43,100 nucleotides of DNA from a virus (IMGVR_UViG_3300011412_000004:1-43100); one strand, 5' to 3'; positions 1 through 10,312 are shown, counted from the first letter of the stretch. Notes: generated by a model from the letters alone, not told the origin. Numbers and translations are program-made.

Positions 1-123
1 ATCTTCTATGACATCCTCACGTACGCCATACCTGTGACGCAACTCTTTGGCATTGACTTTGCCTGTAGTCAAATCCTGCAAAGCTATACCCGTAGTCTTT
101 GGTCCGAAAATACCAACTACCCG
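1..123. repeat. Terminal direct repeat, left copy (circular assembly overlap)
   Basis: 1-123 (atcttctatg...caactacccg) is identical to 42978-43100, and the reading frame continues across the junction. Confidence 0.97.
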
Positions 124-3100
124 AGAAGTCTCAGTCAGGTTCTGAGCGGCTGAACTCGGATTAAGCCCTAATGCTCCCAAGTGAAGCGTAGAAGTCACAC
201 GGTTGGCTAGTTTCTCAGCCGTAGAGATGCGTCTGCGTCCACCAGACAAAGCCAATTCAGTTATGCGGTCTATGACTTTCTGAGCGCTCTTATTCGGTAT
301 ATCCGTCCGTTCTGCGAAGTGCCGTATCTGCTCGGCGGCTAAGTCACGCTCCAGCTTTTCAAACTCTAAGGATGAAGGCGTTGGATCACCGAACTGCACG
401 GCATTCTCTTTGGACTCCCGTTCAATCCTACGGGCGGTCTGTTCAATCAGCTGAGCTTCCACACCCGTATCAATGGCATTGCCAGACTGTCCAGCATAAT
501 TGTCTTTCAAAGCCTGACGCAAAGTATCACCGTTCGGCATACCGTCTGCCATTATATTCTCATAAATGTGATTGCCTTGAGCTTCAGCATCCTCCCAACG
601 CTTGATACCCCAGCCGTCATAGACATTCTGCCCGTTGTCCATCTGCAAATCACGATAGATATTACGGGTAGTCTGAGCCTGATAACCTGTCTTGGGCGCA
701 TTGGTAATCGCATAACGCTCGCCATTGCCAGCTTTCTCAAAGTTCTCACGCAGTTCCTGACGGGTAGAAGTATCAGTTACGAAGGTGTCTGGATCTTCGC
801 CATTGCCTAAGGCTTTCTCGACATCATCATCCACCTTGACCGCTAGCTTCTGAGCAGTCTCGTTCTTCTGCTTAACGTAAGACATCGGGTCGGCATAACC
901 CTGTTGAGCGTAATGCTCGGCTTCACGCTGGACTCGGTACTTGTCGAACAAGTACTGTTCCTTGTACTGCTGGAGCGCTGTCAGTGGGTCGGTCATCTCA
1001 CTAGGGTCAATCTTATTCAGACGGTGCATATTAGCGCCGAACTCTTGGTTCACGGTATCAACGAAGCCATAGCCTGTCTCTATCCGTTCACCAGATAAAT
1101 CACCTCTGGTTTCGTGCAGGTAATAATCTTGAATAGTACCGCCAGAACTTCTACGGGTCTGTCCCATAGCGTCATAGACAGGACGGAATATATTGTCATA
1201 CAACTGCTTGGATTCAGGTGATATCTCAGCTCCTGTACGGTGGTAGGCTACTATCTCATCCTGCATCCTACGCAAAGCATCTTGGTCTAAGCCGTTGCGT
1301 GCCTGTTCAATGGCATTGTCAAAGTTCTCAGAGAATACCTTGACGGCAGGCATCTGCTCTATACCAGCGGTAGCGTGGTCAGGCAGGTTCTTTACCTGTG
1401 TCGGTAAGTTCTCTTGCTTGCCTGTAGCCGTTACATCTACAGGACGGACACTAGCATCAGTGCTTGGTGGTTCGATATCCATACCTTCAGGCGTAGTGTC
1501 CATCGGTGGCGCAGTCTTAGCCAACGCTTCGAATTCCTCTGGAGACATTACCCGAGCCTTGCCAGCTGGAGGTGCTACTTTGCCAAACATCTTCTGAGCC
1601 TGTCCGACAGCAAAACCGTCACGACTCTTAACCGTACCAGCGCCAGAGGCTTCATCCATATATCGTAATGCACCTTCAGCCCTCTCACGTCCGTAGTCCC
1701 GTACCAGACGGTCTACCGTGTCTTGTTTAACCCCATACCGCTCGGCTAGATTCACCTCGACTTGGGGCGTACGAGAGGTAAGTCTAGCACGAGCGGCATC
1801 AAGGTCAGCTTGGTTTAGAGCTATCTGGCTGGGTGGAGGAGTCTCAGGCAGTTCTCCTGCTAATCGGGCATTGCTTCTCTCGGCATAACCAGCGTACAAA
1901 TCATCCGCTCCATTCACGCCAAGTCTGTCAATATCTCTCTGAATCTGTACTGGATCACCACCATACTTCTTAGCGATGACTACGGCTGGATCTACATTAC
2001 TGAACCGTCCCTCAGGACCGAACATCACATCCGCTTCAGCTTGGTTTCTCGGCGCATTCCTGCCACCGCCTTCACCAAGTCCAGACCAGATACTAGGCTT
2101 TTTAGCCGCTTTCGCTTTACCACCTTCGACATCAAGCCGTTTAACAAAGTTGTTAGCCAACGCTTTCTCATAAAAGGCAGGCGATTCAGCCGCACCTTTG
2201 TTTCTCATCGGCATTTCAATACCATAACGTTGAGCGATATGATTGGCTTCTATATCAAGATTGATACGTTGTTCAGGAGTCATCGGACCGCCTACGCCCC
2301 GTACTTGGTCTACAAAGTCAGCCATTACCCGTTGATCGTCAGGATGAATGTTCTTCGGAGTCCGTCCGACTTGTATATATCCGCCTTCATTCTTTGCCAA
2401 ACTAGGTAATCTTGGTATCAAATCATTTATCGGACGGTTGCCCTGCTCAATGATATCCTCTATCTTCTTACCACCAACCGCACTCCAAGCTTTCTTACTG
2501 GCAACTTTGGCAGGCTCAGTCAATGGACCGAGTGCTTTTGCCGCTCTACTGCCAACCGTACCGCCACCGACTGCCAGACCGACATCAGCTACCGTACCAA
2601 CCGTACCACTGATAAGTGCCGCTTTTGCAATATCTTTGGCACTGGCATCCGTTCGAGCCGTACCAGCCGCACCTTGTAAAGTATTAGCGATGACATTCTT
2701 GCCGATAGTCTTGGCTTCATTCTTTAAAGCTGTCTGTACGCCTTTTCTAAAACCTTGCTTACCAACTTCTTTCGCAACAACCTTACCACTAGTCCCTGCC
2801 AATCCCAAACTGCCAACGTCAAAAAGAGCTTCAGCCGTACCTAAACCGATACGTTTTGCGCCAGTCTTGGCTTCACCTTTCTTGGCTTCTTCAGCAGTGT
2901 ACAATGTACCTGCATTGAACAGACCGCCTTTATTCGTCTGATAAGCCTGCCGTGCGCCTTCTTGGAAGTTCTGAATGTCTTTGACACGCTTGCTGGCTCG
3001 GTTTAAACCTTCTTTAGCCGCATTGATGTAATCTTTATTACCAGACCTAACCGCTTTCACATATTCAGCTGACGCTCTACCGTACTCGCCTTGCGCTAAC

Positions 3101-3537
3101 TGACCTTGAGCTGTAGCTACTATTTCTGGTATCTGCGCTGAAGCCGTGTTAATCATCCGAGGGACAGATCCGACCGTATTAGAAATGATATTGCCTGGAT
3201 TCTCAGCTATTGCTTGCCTGCCTGCTATCTGCCGTCTATACTGATCTGCCTGTGTGTTGGCATCCAAGATATCACGGGCTTTATTCCAAAAACTCTGACG
3301 TGGCTTAGGTGCTGTATAACTTGGAGCTGTAAAGCTTTCTTCACTCGGACCAACGTACGTATTGCCTACCCGTATGGACTGAGCAGGACGAGGTGCTACC
3401 ATCGTTTGAGGCTGGACTGTCGGTGCTGGACGAGGTGCTTCAACTCGGATAGCAGGCTGAGAAATAGGCTTGACTTGAAGCGGACCTGAGAGTTCCCAAG
3501 TTTCTTTCTTTTTCTTAGGCGGTGTAAATGTCGCCAC
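1..3537 (-). CDS. N-terminal part of a giant (~1856 aa) virion/DNA-ejection-like protein; continues across the circular junction into 42977-40944
   Basis: GTG at 3537 follows a GAAAGGA RBS (MATFTPPKKKKETWELSGP...). Spot translations are open, and the ORF track lists no minus ORF in this frame, consistent with no stop before the edge. Codon 1-3 equals 42978-42980, in frame with the 40944..43058 ORF. Function is inferred from size and position. Confidence 0.8.
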   Translation of the reverse strand, partial: MATFTPPKKKKETWELSGPLQVKPISQPAIRVEAPRPAPTVQPQTMVAPRPAQSIRVGNTYVGPSEESFTAPSYTAPKPRQSFWNKARDILDANTQADQYRRQIAGRQAIAENPGNIISNTVGSVPRMINTASAQIPEIVATAQGQLAQGEYGRASAEYVKAVRSGNKDYINAAKEGLNRASKRVKDIQNFQEGARQAYQTNKGGLFNAGTLYTAEEAKKGEAKTGAKRIGLGTAEALFDVGSLGLAGTSGKVVAKEVGKQGFRKGVQTALKNEAKTIGKNVIANTLQGAAGTARTDASAKDIAKAALISGTVGTVADVGLAVGGGTVGSRAAKALGPLTEPAKVASKKAWSAVGGKKIEDIIEQGNRPINDLIPRLPSLAKNEGGYIQVGRTPKNIHPDDQRVMADFVDQVRGVGGPMTPEQRINLDIEANHIAQRYGIEMPMRNKGAAESPAFYEKALANNFVKRLDVEGGKAKAAKKPSIWSGLGEGGGRNAPRNQAEADVMFGPEGRFSNVDPAVVIAKKYGGDPVQIQRDIDRLGVNGADDLYAGYAERSNARLAGELPETPPPSQIALNQADLDAARARLTSRTPQVEVNLAERYGVKQDTVDRLVRDYGRERAEGALRYMDEASGAGTVKSRDGFAVGQAQKMFGKVAPPAGKARVMSPEEFEALAKTAPPMDTTPEGMDIEPPSTDASVRPVDVTATGKQENLPTQVKNLPDHATAGIEQMPAVKVFSENFDNAIEQARNGLDQDALRRMQDEIVAYHRTGAEISPESKQLYDNIFRPVYDAMGQTRRSSGGTIQDYYLHETRGDLSGERIETGYGFVDTVNQEFGANMHRLNKIDPSEMTDPLTALQQYKEQYLFDKYRVQREAEHYAQQGYADPMSYVKQKNETAQKLAVKVDDDVEKALGNGEDPDTFVTDTSTRQELRENFEKAGNGERYAITNAPKTGYQAQTTRNIYRDLQMDNGQNVYDGWGIKRWEDAEAQGNHIYENIMADGMPNGDTLRQALKDNYAGQSGNAIDTGVEAQLIEQTARRIERESKENAVQFGDPTPSSLEFEKLERDLAAEQIRHFAERTDIPNKSAQKVIDRITELALSGGRRRISTAEKLANRVTSTLHLGALGLNPSSAAQNLTETSRVVGIFGPKTTGIALQDLTTGKVNAKELRHRYGVREDVIED

Positions 3538-3549
3538 GCCTAATCCTTT

Positions 3550-4581
3550 CTAAAATAGTGGGTTTTGTTCATCTCGGGGACGAGGACCAGGAGTCAGTTG
3601 TCCAATAGGAGGTCCGCCGACTACGGGGACTTGCTCACCGAATGCTCCGCCCTGTGGACCTTCGATAGCGAACGGATTAACAATCTCCGTGCCTGCCTGC
3701 TCCATCTGCATTGCTCGGGCTTGGACTTCCTCTGGTGTCAGACCACGAATAGAGCCAAGTTCTTGCTGAGTCCGAGAATCAATCGCATCTAATTGAGCGG
3801 CGGCTTCCGCAATCAACCTGTCACGTACGCCCATATCTACCACTCCACCATAACCGCCTGCCCGAGCATCAGCTTCCAGAGTAGCCAGTTTATCCCATAG
3901 ATCATTCGATACCCGAGCTGTCTCAGTGCCACGCCACGTCTTAAGTTCCTCAAGGTTCTGCTGACGGGTACGGTTAAGGTTCTCCTGAGTCGTATTAAGC
4001 TGATTGGTAGCCAACTGAGCTTCATTGCTTGCCGAGCCTGCCTGTTGATTACCTGCACGAGCATACGCCCGAGCCATCGCTTCGGATGCTCCTGAGTCTA
4101 GCGCATTCATATTAGCCAGATTGACTCCGCCTGACTTTAAGCCTTGCCTGACTCCGCTGGCAATACCTGCCATCGTACGGCGTAAGTTCAAAGCATTGTT
4201 GGCTCGTGCCGTATTGATATCTTCTTGCCCTGAACGAAGCGTATTAACAGCACCCATATTTCTAGTACGGAACTCATTGGCTATATCAGTCAGAGAAGTA
4301 CGTCCGCCCGTCTCATAACCTCTTGCCCGTAAGCCTGCTTGCTCACGTCCTTGAGAGATACGGTTGCTCTCAGCTATTTCAGCCGCAGTCGGTCCAACAG
4401 GGACAGACGGTGTAGTAGTCATTGCTCCCATTACGTTTCCACCGCTCGGCATTGTAGTCTGCGGATTATATGAAGTCTGCAAAGGTACATTGCCACCTTG
4501 CAAACTACCTGGAGTTGAATAACTTGGTCCGACTACCAAAGGTTTTGTATATTGGTCTGCGTTTGCTACGGTGAGTGCCAT
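3550..4581 (-). CDS. Probable internal virion/pilot (ejection) protein, 343 aa
   Basis: Ala/Gln/Asn/Arg-rich helical composition; directly upstream of the giant protein; AAGGA RBS. Confidence 0.5.
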   Translation of the reverse strand: MALTVANADQYTKPLVVGPSYSTPGSLQGGNVPLQTSYNPQTTMPSGGNVMGAMTTTPSVPVGPTAAEIAESNRISQGREQAGLRARGYETGGRTSLTDIANEFRTRNMGAVNTLRSGQEDINTARANNALNLRRTMAGIASGVRQGLKSGGVNLANMNALDSGASEAMARAYARAGNQQAGSASNEAQLATNQLNTTQENLNRTRQQNLEELKTWRGTETARVSNDLWDKLATLEADARAGGYGGVVDMGVRDRLIAEAAAQLDAIDSRTQQELGSIRGLTPEEVQARAMQMEQAGTEIVNPFAIEGPQGGAFGEQVPVVGGPPIGQLTPGPRPRDEQNPLF

Positions 4582-4603
4582 ATGTTTTTTCCTTCTTTTA
4601 CTT

Positions 4604-4612
4604 AGTATAACA
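4604..4612 (-). promoter_or_regulatory. Extended -10 promoter candidate (TGTTATACT)
   Basis: TGn-TATACT in the short gap upstream of the 4581 start. Confidence 0.5.
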
Positions 4613-4619
4613 CCATCAC

Positions 4620-6188
4620 TTATCCAAAGAACGGGAAGTATTTAGCCGCATTGACTAACGAGGTTACAGTTAGGACAGTATCATCTGCAGTGTGAGCGTG
4701 TAGCGTCTCTTGTACGAGCAAGAGCGTGTCCATTACCATAACCGTACTGTCTACGGTATGAGCGTGCAAAGTGTCGCTTACAGTCAGCGTTGTGTTCTGA
4801 GTGACGGTTACATTATCTGCCAAGTGGCTGTGTGAAGCATCATTCATTACCAGAATGACTTCAAAGATGTACTCTATCAAATCAGTAGACAACGTAAAGG
4901 TTACAGGCGCTTTGACAATTACGCCGTCTGAAGTATGGGAGTGAGAAGCATCAGCTACTACCAGAGTCGCTTCACCGCTAAACTCCATACTCATAAAATC
5001 TGTAGACAATGTTTCAGGAGATGCAGTAGAGACAGCGTATTCTACTAATAACCAGAGTGTAGATACGGTTACGGCATTCGTACCGTTGTCTATCGTATGT
5101 TCAACGCCGATCTGTGCAGTAAGAAGGTCATTATAAGTTAATTTAGTCGTGGATGCCCCAGGTAAATCATATAGAGTTAGAGGATAAAGTTTAGGGCTAG
5201 CAACTGCATTCGTAGTATAGCTGGCAGAGGATGTAACTATATCTGACGAAGATTCTACCGTACCACCAGATACAGCTTTTACTCTTACTTTAAATGCCTG
5301 CGTACCGCTTGCCGTACCAGCAAAACGAACGCCAGACTGTATCAGCGTTATTAAATTTTCTGGAATCATTCCTGTTAGAGCAGAAAGTGTAAAATCTGAT
5401 ATTTCTCCCGTAGCCGTACTTTCTCGAATATAGGTAGTAACGTCATCAGGAGTTACTTCATCCACGGCTTGCCAAGAATCTGCTCCCGTACTCGTTCCTT
5501 CATCCCAAGCACTGTTATCACCAGCTCCGATAGGACGAAGATGTATGATAGAACCTTCACCTGGATAACTATTCTGGAATGAACCAGTAATATCATTAAT
5601 AGCGACATCATCAAAATACCAGTTACCGCTAGCATTTGATTCACCATTAAGGTTGCCCCCAAGATGTAGAGAAAGAAGATCATTCGTACTAATAATATTT
5701 CGTGAGGAGGATGTGGCAAAATCAACTCCATCTATACGAGCTTCAACAACCTGAGAACCTGCCACAAGAGTTGTGTTTATATGCATCTCTACCCGATACC
5801 ACGTACCAGCAGAAAGCGCAGATGAAGCAGAACCTATCACACCATCTTCATCATAAAGACGAAGTTGTCCAGAACTACTGATAGTTATATATGCAGTAGG
5901 TGTACCAGCAACAGAAGAATCATTAAGAACAAAAATACTACTTTCTACACTTGGAGCTGTAGTATATCTAAAATAAAACCTAAAGTAATATTCCCCAGGA
6001 CCTTCAGAACTACGATAATGTTTATATATACCTTTAACATTCGTAGAAGTAAGACTGGTAATCTGTAAAGCAACACTACCTGACCTGACTACAGTACCTT
6101 GAGTTGTTGGACTAGAATTAACTGGTCCGTCCCATTCAGCAGTACCTACACTATTTATCTCAAAGCCAGATGACCATATACGTGCCAT
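4620..6188 (-). CDS. Tail fibre/receptor-binding-type protein with an N-terminal beta-sandwich (LamG/lectin-like) region and C-terminal HxH repeats
   Basis: Ser/Thr-rich; WYRVEMH and WYFDDVAIND motifs; four DASHSH/DTLHAH-type repeats near the C terminus. Confidence 0.55.
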   Translation of the reverse strand: MARIWSSGFEINSVGTAEWDGPVNSSPTTQGTVVRSGSVALQITSLTSTNVKGIYKHYRSSEGPGEYYFRFYFRYTTAPSVESSIFVLNDSSVAGTPTAYITISSSGQLRLYDEDGVIGSASSALSAGTWYRVEMHINTTLVAGSQVVEARIDGVDFATSSSRNIISTNDLLSLHLGGNLNGESNASGNWYFDDVAINDITGSFQNSYPGEGSIIHLRPIGAGDNSAWDEGTSTGADSWQAVDEVTPDDVTTYIRESTATGEISDFTLSALTGMIPENLITLIQSGVRFAGTASGTQAFKVRVKAVSGGTVESSSDIVTSSASYTTNAVASPKLYPLTLYDLPGASTTKLTYNDLLTAQIGVEHTIDNGTNAVTVSTLWLLVEYAVSTASPETLSTDFMSMEFSGEATLVVADASHSHTSDGVIVKAPVTFTLSTDLIEYIFEVILVMNDASHSHLADNVTVTQNTTLTVSDTLHAHTVDSTVMVMDTLLLVQETLHAHTADDTVLTVTSLVNAAKYFPFFG

Positions 6189-7825
6189 TAGTAGTTCTCC
6201 TGATAAACACGAGCTGTCACTTCATTGCCAGTCTTATAGTATTTAGATAAGTTTGAAGTAATAGTACCTGTCAGCGTAAAATCTGTGCTTGCTGAGGCAG
6301 AATTATTAGAAGTTACTGTCTCCCACACAGCATCAGTGTTATTCCAAATCTGCAAATAAACTGGAAACGTACTTGGAGCTTTCGTAGACTTGCCATTCCA
6401 TTCGAGGTCTATCATATCCGTATTATTGGAATTCTTGTATTTAAAAACAAAAATATTGAATTCACCTATACCTTGATTGTTCGTATATACGGAATCATCT
6501 GCTTGCGAATCCAGATAGTTCTGTGTAGTAAAACTATTAAATCGAGCAGTATCATTAATTGCCAACCCGTGTGCACTTTCATATGAATACTTAGGGTACT
6601 GGTCTAATGCGACATTATCAACCGTATGAGGATGTATCGTACTCGTTGCTCCTCCAGCCGCAGGAACAATTACATCATTAACAAGATTTACAAGGATATC
6701 GTTTAGAGTAGCTTCATTGTATGCCCACTGAATCCGTCCGCCTGTCGGACTTATAGTATGGCTACGACCAATCATCCTTATATTAGCTCCTGTTTGACTA
6801 TAAGCCTGTTCAGAACCCCAAGAAGTCATACCATCACTTGATTTATGAAAAACAATCAGGGTGTCTGTCGTATAAGTAGTAGATTTACCATAAGCTACGT
6901 ACACGTCATAATTACCAGATTCATTAAGATTCTGATCTATAATAATTCCTGCATTGCCAGCTTCAGCCTGATTTGTGAAAATACTGGTCTTAGCAGTAAT
7001 AGTCGGAGAAGCTATGCTGTTAGGATTGATATCGTATATTAAAAGATCATCGGTCGGATCATCTTGAAAATTGTGGATAGCTACTAAAAGATGATTGTCA
7101 CTATGTCTGATAGCCGCATCGAATGTCTGCCGTATTACAGTTGCAGTAGGAGTAGAGGCAGTAGTGAACCACGCTGTTTTTGTCCAAGTATTTGCTGAGT
7201 CATCATACATTTTTATCGAAAGTTCAGCTGTGGATCTCTTAAAATATATTGAAATAGCATCAGCATCGTCTCCCGTATTAGCAGGATAGAGAAAATTTAA
7301 CTCATAGTCAGCTACCGTTTCCCAAGCATCCGTCCTGTCTGTCCACGTCACACCTGCATCTATGGAACGATATGTTTCTATCTCATTATTTCGTAACCGA
7401 TAATTAACTAACAGATTACCATTTCTTGTCTTTGTAATTGATATAAAGTTTTCAGCGGCAGTAGCTGAACTGGTAAAAGTATTGTCTATCGTTCTGCGTG
7501 TTCCAAGCGTATTAGTAGCTATATTAAGTGTTTGATATAAAGCATCAGTATTAGCCTGATCTATCCAAGCTATATGCAGAAGATTACCCGTATCTCCTGG
7601 TGTTTCTTTGTCAAACCAACAAGCTAAATCATTCATCGTACCTACGTGAATAACTGTTGTTGCCCAGCTAGTTCCACCATTAATAGTTCTGGCATACGAT
7701 AAGTCATTACCACTATCTTGAAATACGACAACACCTATAAGAGTATCAACCCAAAACGGACCCCATACACCGCCTAGATTAGCAAGACCAGAAGAAACTG
7801 CATTATTTACTGTGGTGTTAGCCAT
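6188..7825 (-). CDS. Tail-associated protein with a BNR/Asp-box beta-propeller (sialidase-like fold) and a C-terminal domain shared with 7825-9855
   Basis: Asp-box motifs TINGGTSW, SIDAGVTW, SSDGMTSW; TAATG coupling to neighbours. Confidence 0.6.
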   Translation of the reverse strand: MANTTVNNAVSSGLANLGGVWGPFWVDTLIGVVVFQDSGNDLSYARTINGGTSWATTVIHVGTMNDLACWFDKETPGDTGNLLHIAWIDQANTDALYQTLNIATNTLGTRRTIDNTFTSSATAAENFISITKTRNGNLLVNYRLRNNEIETYRSIDAGVTWTDRTDAWETVADYELNFLYPANTGDDADAISIYFKRSTAELSIKMYDDSANTWTKTAWFTTASTPTATVIRQTFDAAIRHSDNHLLVAIHNFQDDPTDDLLIYDINPNSIASPTITAKTSIFTNQAEAGNAGIIIDQNLNESGNYDVYVAYGKSTTYTTDTLIVFHKSSDGMTSWGSEQAYSQTGANIRMIGRSHTISPTGGRIQWAYNEATLNDILVNLVNDVIVPAAGGATSTIHPHTVDNVALDQYPKYSYESAHGLAINDTARFNSFTTQNYLDSQADDSVYTNNQGIGEFNIFVFKYKNSNNTDMIDLEWNGKSTKAPSTFPVYLQIWNNTDAVWETVTSNNSASASTDFTLTGTITSNLSKYYKTGNEVTARVYQENY

Positions 7826-9855
7826 TACGTATTCTCCTGATAAACCCGTACGGTTACTTCATTAGATGAACCATAATAATTGCCTGGACTGACTGGTACG
7901 CTGGCAAGCAGTTCGAACTCCGTTCCAGCAGGCGTGGTGTTGTCAGAGTCGGCAGGCATCCACGTAGCGGTCGTATAGTTGTAAATTTGCATTATTACAG
8001 GCGAACTGGCAGGACTTAAATCTGTCTTGCCTTTCCAGCGAACAGAGATAGGTGTTGTATTATCTGTATGTGCCTTAGAGAATACAAAAGCATTATAGTT
8101 ATTATTACCTGTCGAATCGGCATAACTGGTATCATCAGCCAGAGCTTCACTATAATCCGTAAGATCAAAAGCATTCGCTAGCTGTGCTTCATTCGATGGC
8201 AGACTGCTGAGTACTTGATAGGAATACGACACTCCGTAACCGAAGATCCAACCTGTATTATTAGAGACATTAATACTGTGCGGACCTGCATACCACGTAG
8301 CTCCGCCTGTAGCGGCTATATCTTTGATAGAAAGATAATCAACCCGTACCACACCAGAAGCCTTAGATAACGTACGCTGTGAACCATCAGTGCTAGAGTT
8401 AAGATTTACCAAATTACTTGCCGTACCCTGTACTAAGAAACTACCTCTTATAGTAGTCGTACCGATACCAAGCTGAATAGTCATAGGAGAACCAGTATTC
8501 GACCAGTTATAATATGAGCTTGCACCCATAATGAACGCTCCTGTACCGCCAGCAAAGACAATAGACGGATAGTTCTGCGTATGCTGATTTGTACTAAAAG
8601 TCTTAGTTGAAGCGCTTGTATTGCTCAAGACTATAGTTGAACTCTGTTCATTAATCGTCAAGTTAGTAAATGTACTGGTATTCCATATTGTTCCCGTACC
8701 TGTCAATGTCCACGTACCAGTTCCCATATTAAGTATTCTGGTATTAGTACTGGCACTGCTGAATGCTCCAGCCGTAACATTCTTATTATTAGCATTCAAA
8801 GTTCCGTGAGCCAATCCCAATGTACGAGCGGTATCTAAAATCACAGCATCCTGCAATGTCCAGTCAGCAGTCGAAGCATTCTCTCCAAAAGTCAGCGGAC
8901 GGTTTAAAGTCGTGCCATTAAATGTCACCGTCTTAGAACCTGAAGTCGCACACATCGTCAATACATTGGTAGTAGCAGTATTCGTCATACCTGCACTAAA
9001 AGTAAGACTACCCCATACAAGGAATAAAGCCGTACCTAAGATACCAGAGAAACCTGTGAAATCTACATTGTTAAATCGTCCTGTAGACAGATTTACCGTA
9101 TCTGTTCCAGCTGAAATCAAAATAGACGGGCAAGAAGTCTCACCCGTATTAGTATGCGTTATTGTCCTCGTACCTGTAGAACCAACATTATTGAAGTTTA
9201 TCGGCAGAGTACCTCGAACAAATGTCATACCAGAACTAGCAACATTATAAACGGTCGCATTGGTAGCAGTTACCGTCCACTGACCTGTACCCATCACGAT
9301 ACTACGTGCATTCGTACCTGTAGAAGTTATAATGCCAACTGTTACATTAAATCCACCAGCATTAAACGTGCCATATGATACGGTGAAGGCACAACTCACA
9401 CTGGCTTCCATAAAGTCCGATGTCAGAATCCAAGAACCACCAGTTCCATTAAAAGTTAGATTACCACCTGTCTTACCAGCATAATCTACTGTCTGTTGAG
9501 TCGTTGAGGAAGATATATAGTTTATAGATGAGCTAAGGTTATTACCTTTGGTATAAGTCATACCAGCGCTCAGTTTGAGAGCGATATTGCCTGCTCCAGC
9601 CGTAGCATCACCGATATTGAAAGCAGTAGCCGCAGGGTGTGTCAGTATACCTACATAGCCTGTACAGTTAAGCGAACGACAGACTGAAGTACTGGAGAGA
9701 GTTACGTTACCTGTACCCGTACCATTATCTAGGAATACGTCATCTGCCGCTGTCGGAACTGCCGCACCACCAGCACCGCCCGAAGAAGTAGCCCACTTCG
9801 TGCCTGCTGTACTATCCCAAGTGGCATTTCCACCTACCCAGTAACGGTTCGCCAT
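7825..9855 (-). CDS. Large Gly/Thr-rich beta-solenoid tail/adhesin-like protein
   Basis: MANRYWVGG..WD N terminus; repeated GTGxWT / GTLNA strands; C-terminal domain paralogous to that of 6188-7825. Confidence 0.55.
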   Translation of the reverse strand: MANRYWVGGNATWDSTAGTKWATSSGGAGGAAVPTAADDVFLDNGTGTGNVTLSSTSVCRSLNCTGYVGILTHPAATAFNIGDATAGAGNIALKLSAGMTYTKGNNLSSSINYISSSTTQQTVDYAGKTGGNLTFNGTGGSWILTSDFMEASVSCAFTVSYGTFNAGGFNVTVGIITSTGTNARSIVMGTGQWTVTATNATVYNVASSGMTFVRGTLPINFNNVGSTGTRTITHTNTGETSCPSILISAGTDTVNLSTGRFNNVDFTGFSGILGTALFLVWGSLTFSAGMTNTATTNVLTMCATSGSKTVTFNGTTLNRPLTFGENASTADWTLQDAVILDTARTLGLAHGTLNANNKNVTAGAFSSASTNTRILNMGTGTWTLTGTGTIWNTSTFTNLTINEQSSTIVLSNTSASTKTFSTNQHTQNYPSIVFAGGTGAFIMGASSYYNWSNTGSPMTIQLGIGTTTIRGSFLVQGTASNLVNLNSSTDGSQRTLSKASGVVRVDYLSIKDIAATGGATWYAGPHSINVSNNTGWIFGYGVSYSYQVLSSLPSNEAQLANAFDLTDYSEALADDTSYADSTGNNNYNAFVFSKAHTDNTTPISVRWKGKTDLSPASSPVIMQIYNYTTATWMPADSDNTTPAGTEFELLASVPVSPGNYYGSSNEVTVRVYQENT

Positions 9856-9872
9856 AACTCATCCTATTCTCC

Positions 9873-10238
9873 TTAACTCGGGTCTGCTATCTCAATATCC
9901 CAAGCTGGCACAGTCACAGTATTACCACTTACCAAAGCTTGTGAAGTACACGTTGTTACATACAGTAGATCCGTTCCATCGCACAAAGCCACGTGCAGAG
10001 CCGTACCAGAGGTATCTATCGGTACGCTGGATTGGATAGCCACGGTCAGTTTGCGTCCTGAGATATCACCGTTCGCCTTTGTAAAGTCACCTGAGTCTAC
10101 TACCACATCAGCCAGCTTATAAGTCGTAATCGCTTCTGTCCGAGTAGTCGGCTGAGTCGAACAGACCGTCAGTATCGTACTGGTTGCTACCTTGTCCAAT
10201 GCGGCATCCATTACCAGATCATTTGCGTATTTAGCCAT
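9873..10238 (-). CDS. Small virion/tail-associated protein, 121 aa
   Basis: AGGAGG RBS; beta-rich; lies within the tail block. Confidence 0.5.
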   Translation of the reverse strand: MAKYANDLVMDAALDKVATSTILTVCSTQPTTRTEAITTYKLADVVVDSGDFTKANGDISGRKLTVAIQSSVPIDTSGTALHVALCDGTDLLYVTTCTSQALVSGNTVTVPAWDIEIADPS

Positions 10239-10312
10239 TATTTAAATCCTCCTTCTACCCCGTGCTTACCATTATCTACCTTTAATACTGTATTCTTTCG
10301 TTTCTTTTCCAT
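10238..10312 (-). CDS. Micro-ORF, 24 aa (MEKKRKNTVLKVDNGKHGVEGGFK)
   Basis: AGGAG RBS; its TAA overlaps the next ATG (TAATG); fills the intergenic gap. Confidence 0.4.
   Translation of the reverse strand: MEKKRKNTVLKVDNGKHGVEGGFK

Noticed and set aside
1-123. Biological direct terminal repeat of the virion DNA
   Set aside because: It falls in the middle of a gene and is best explained as assembler overlap on a circular or permuted genome.
372-3489. Plus-strand ORFs (e.g. 2348-2941) and similar antisense ORFs across the structural genes
   Set aside because: They are shadows of long minus-strand genes, with no RBS and atypical composition.
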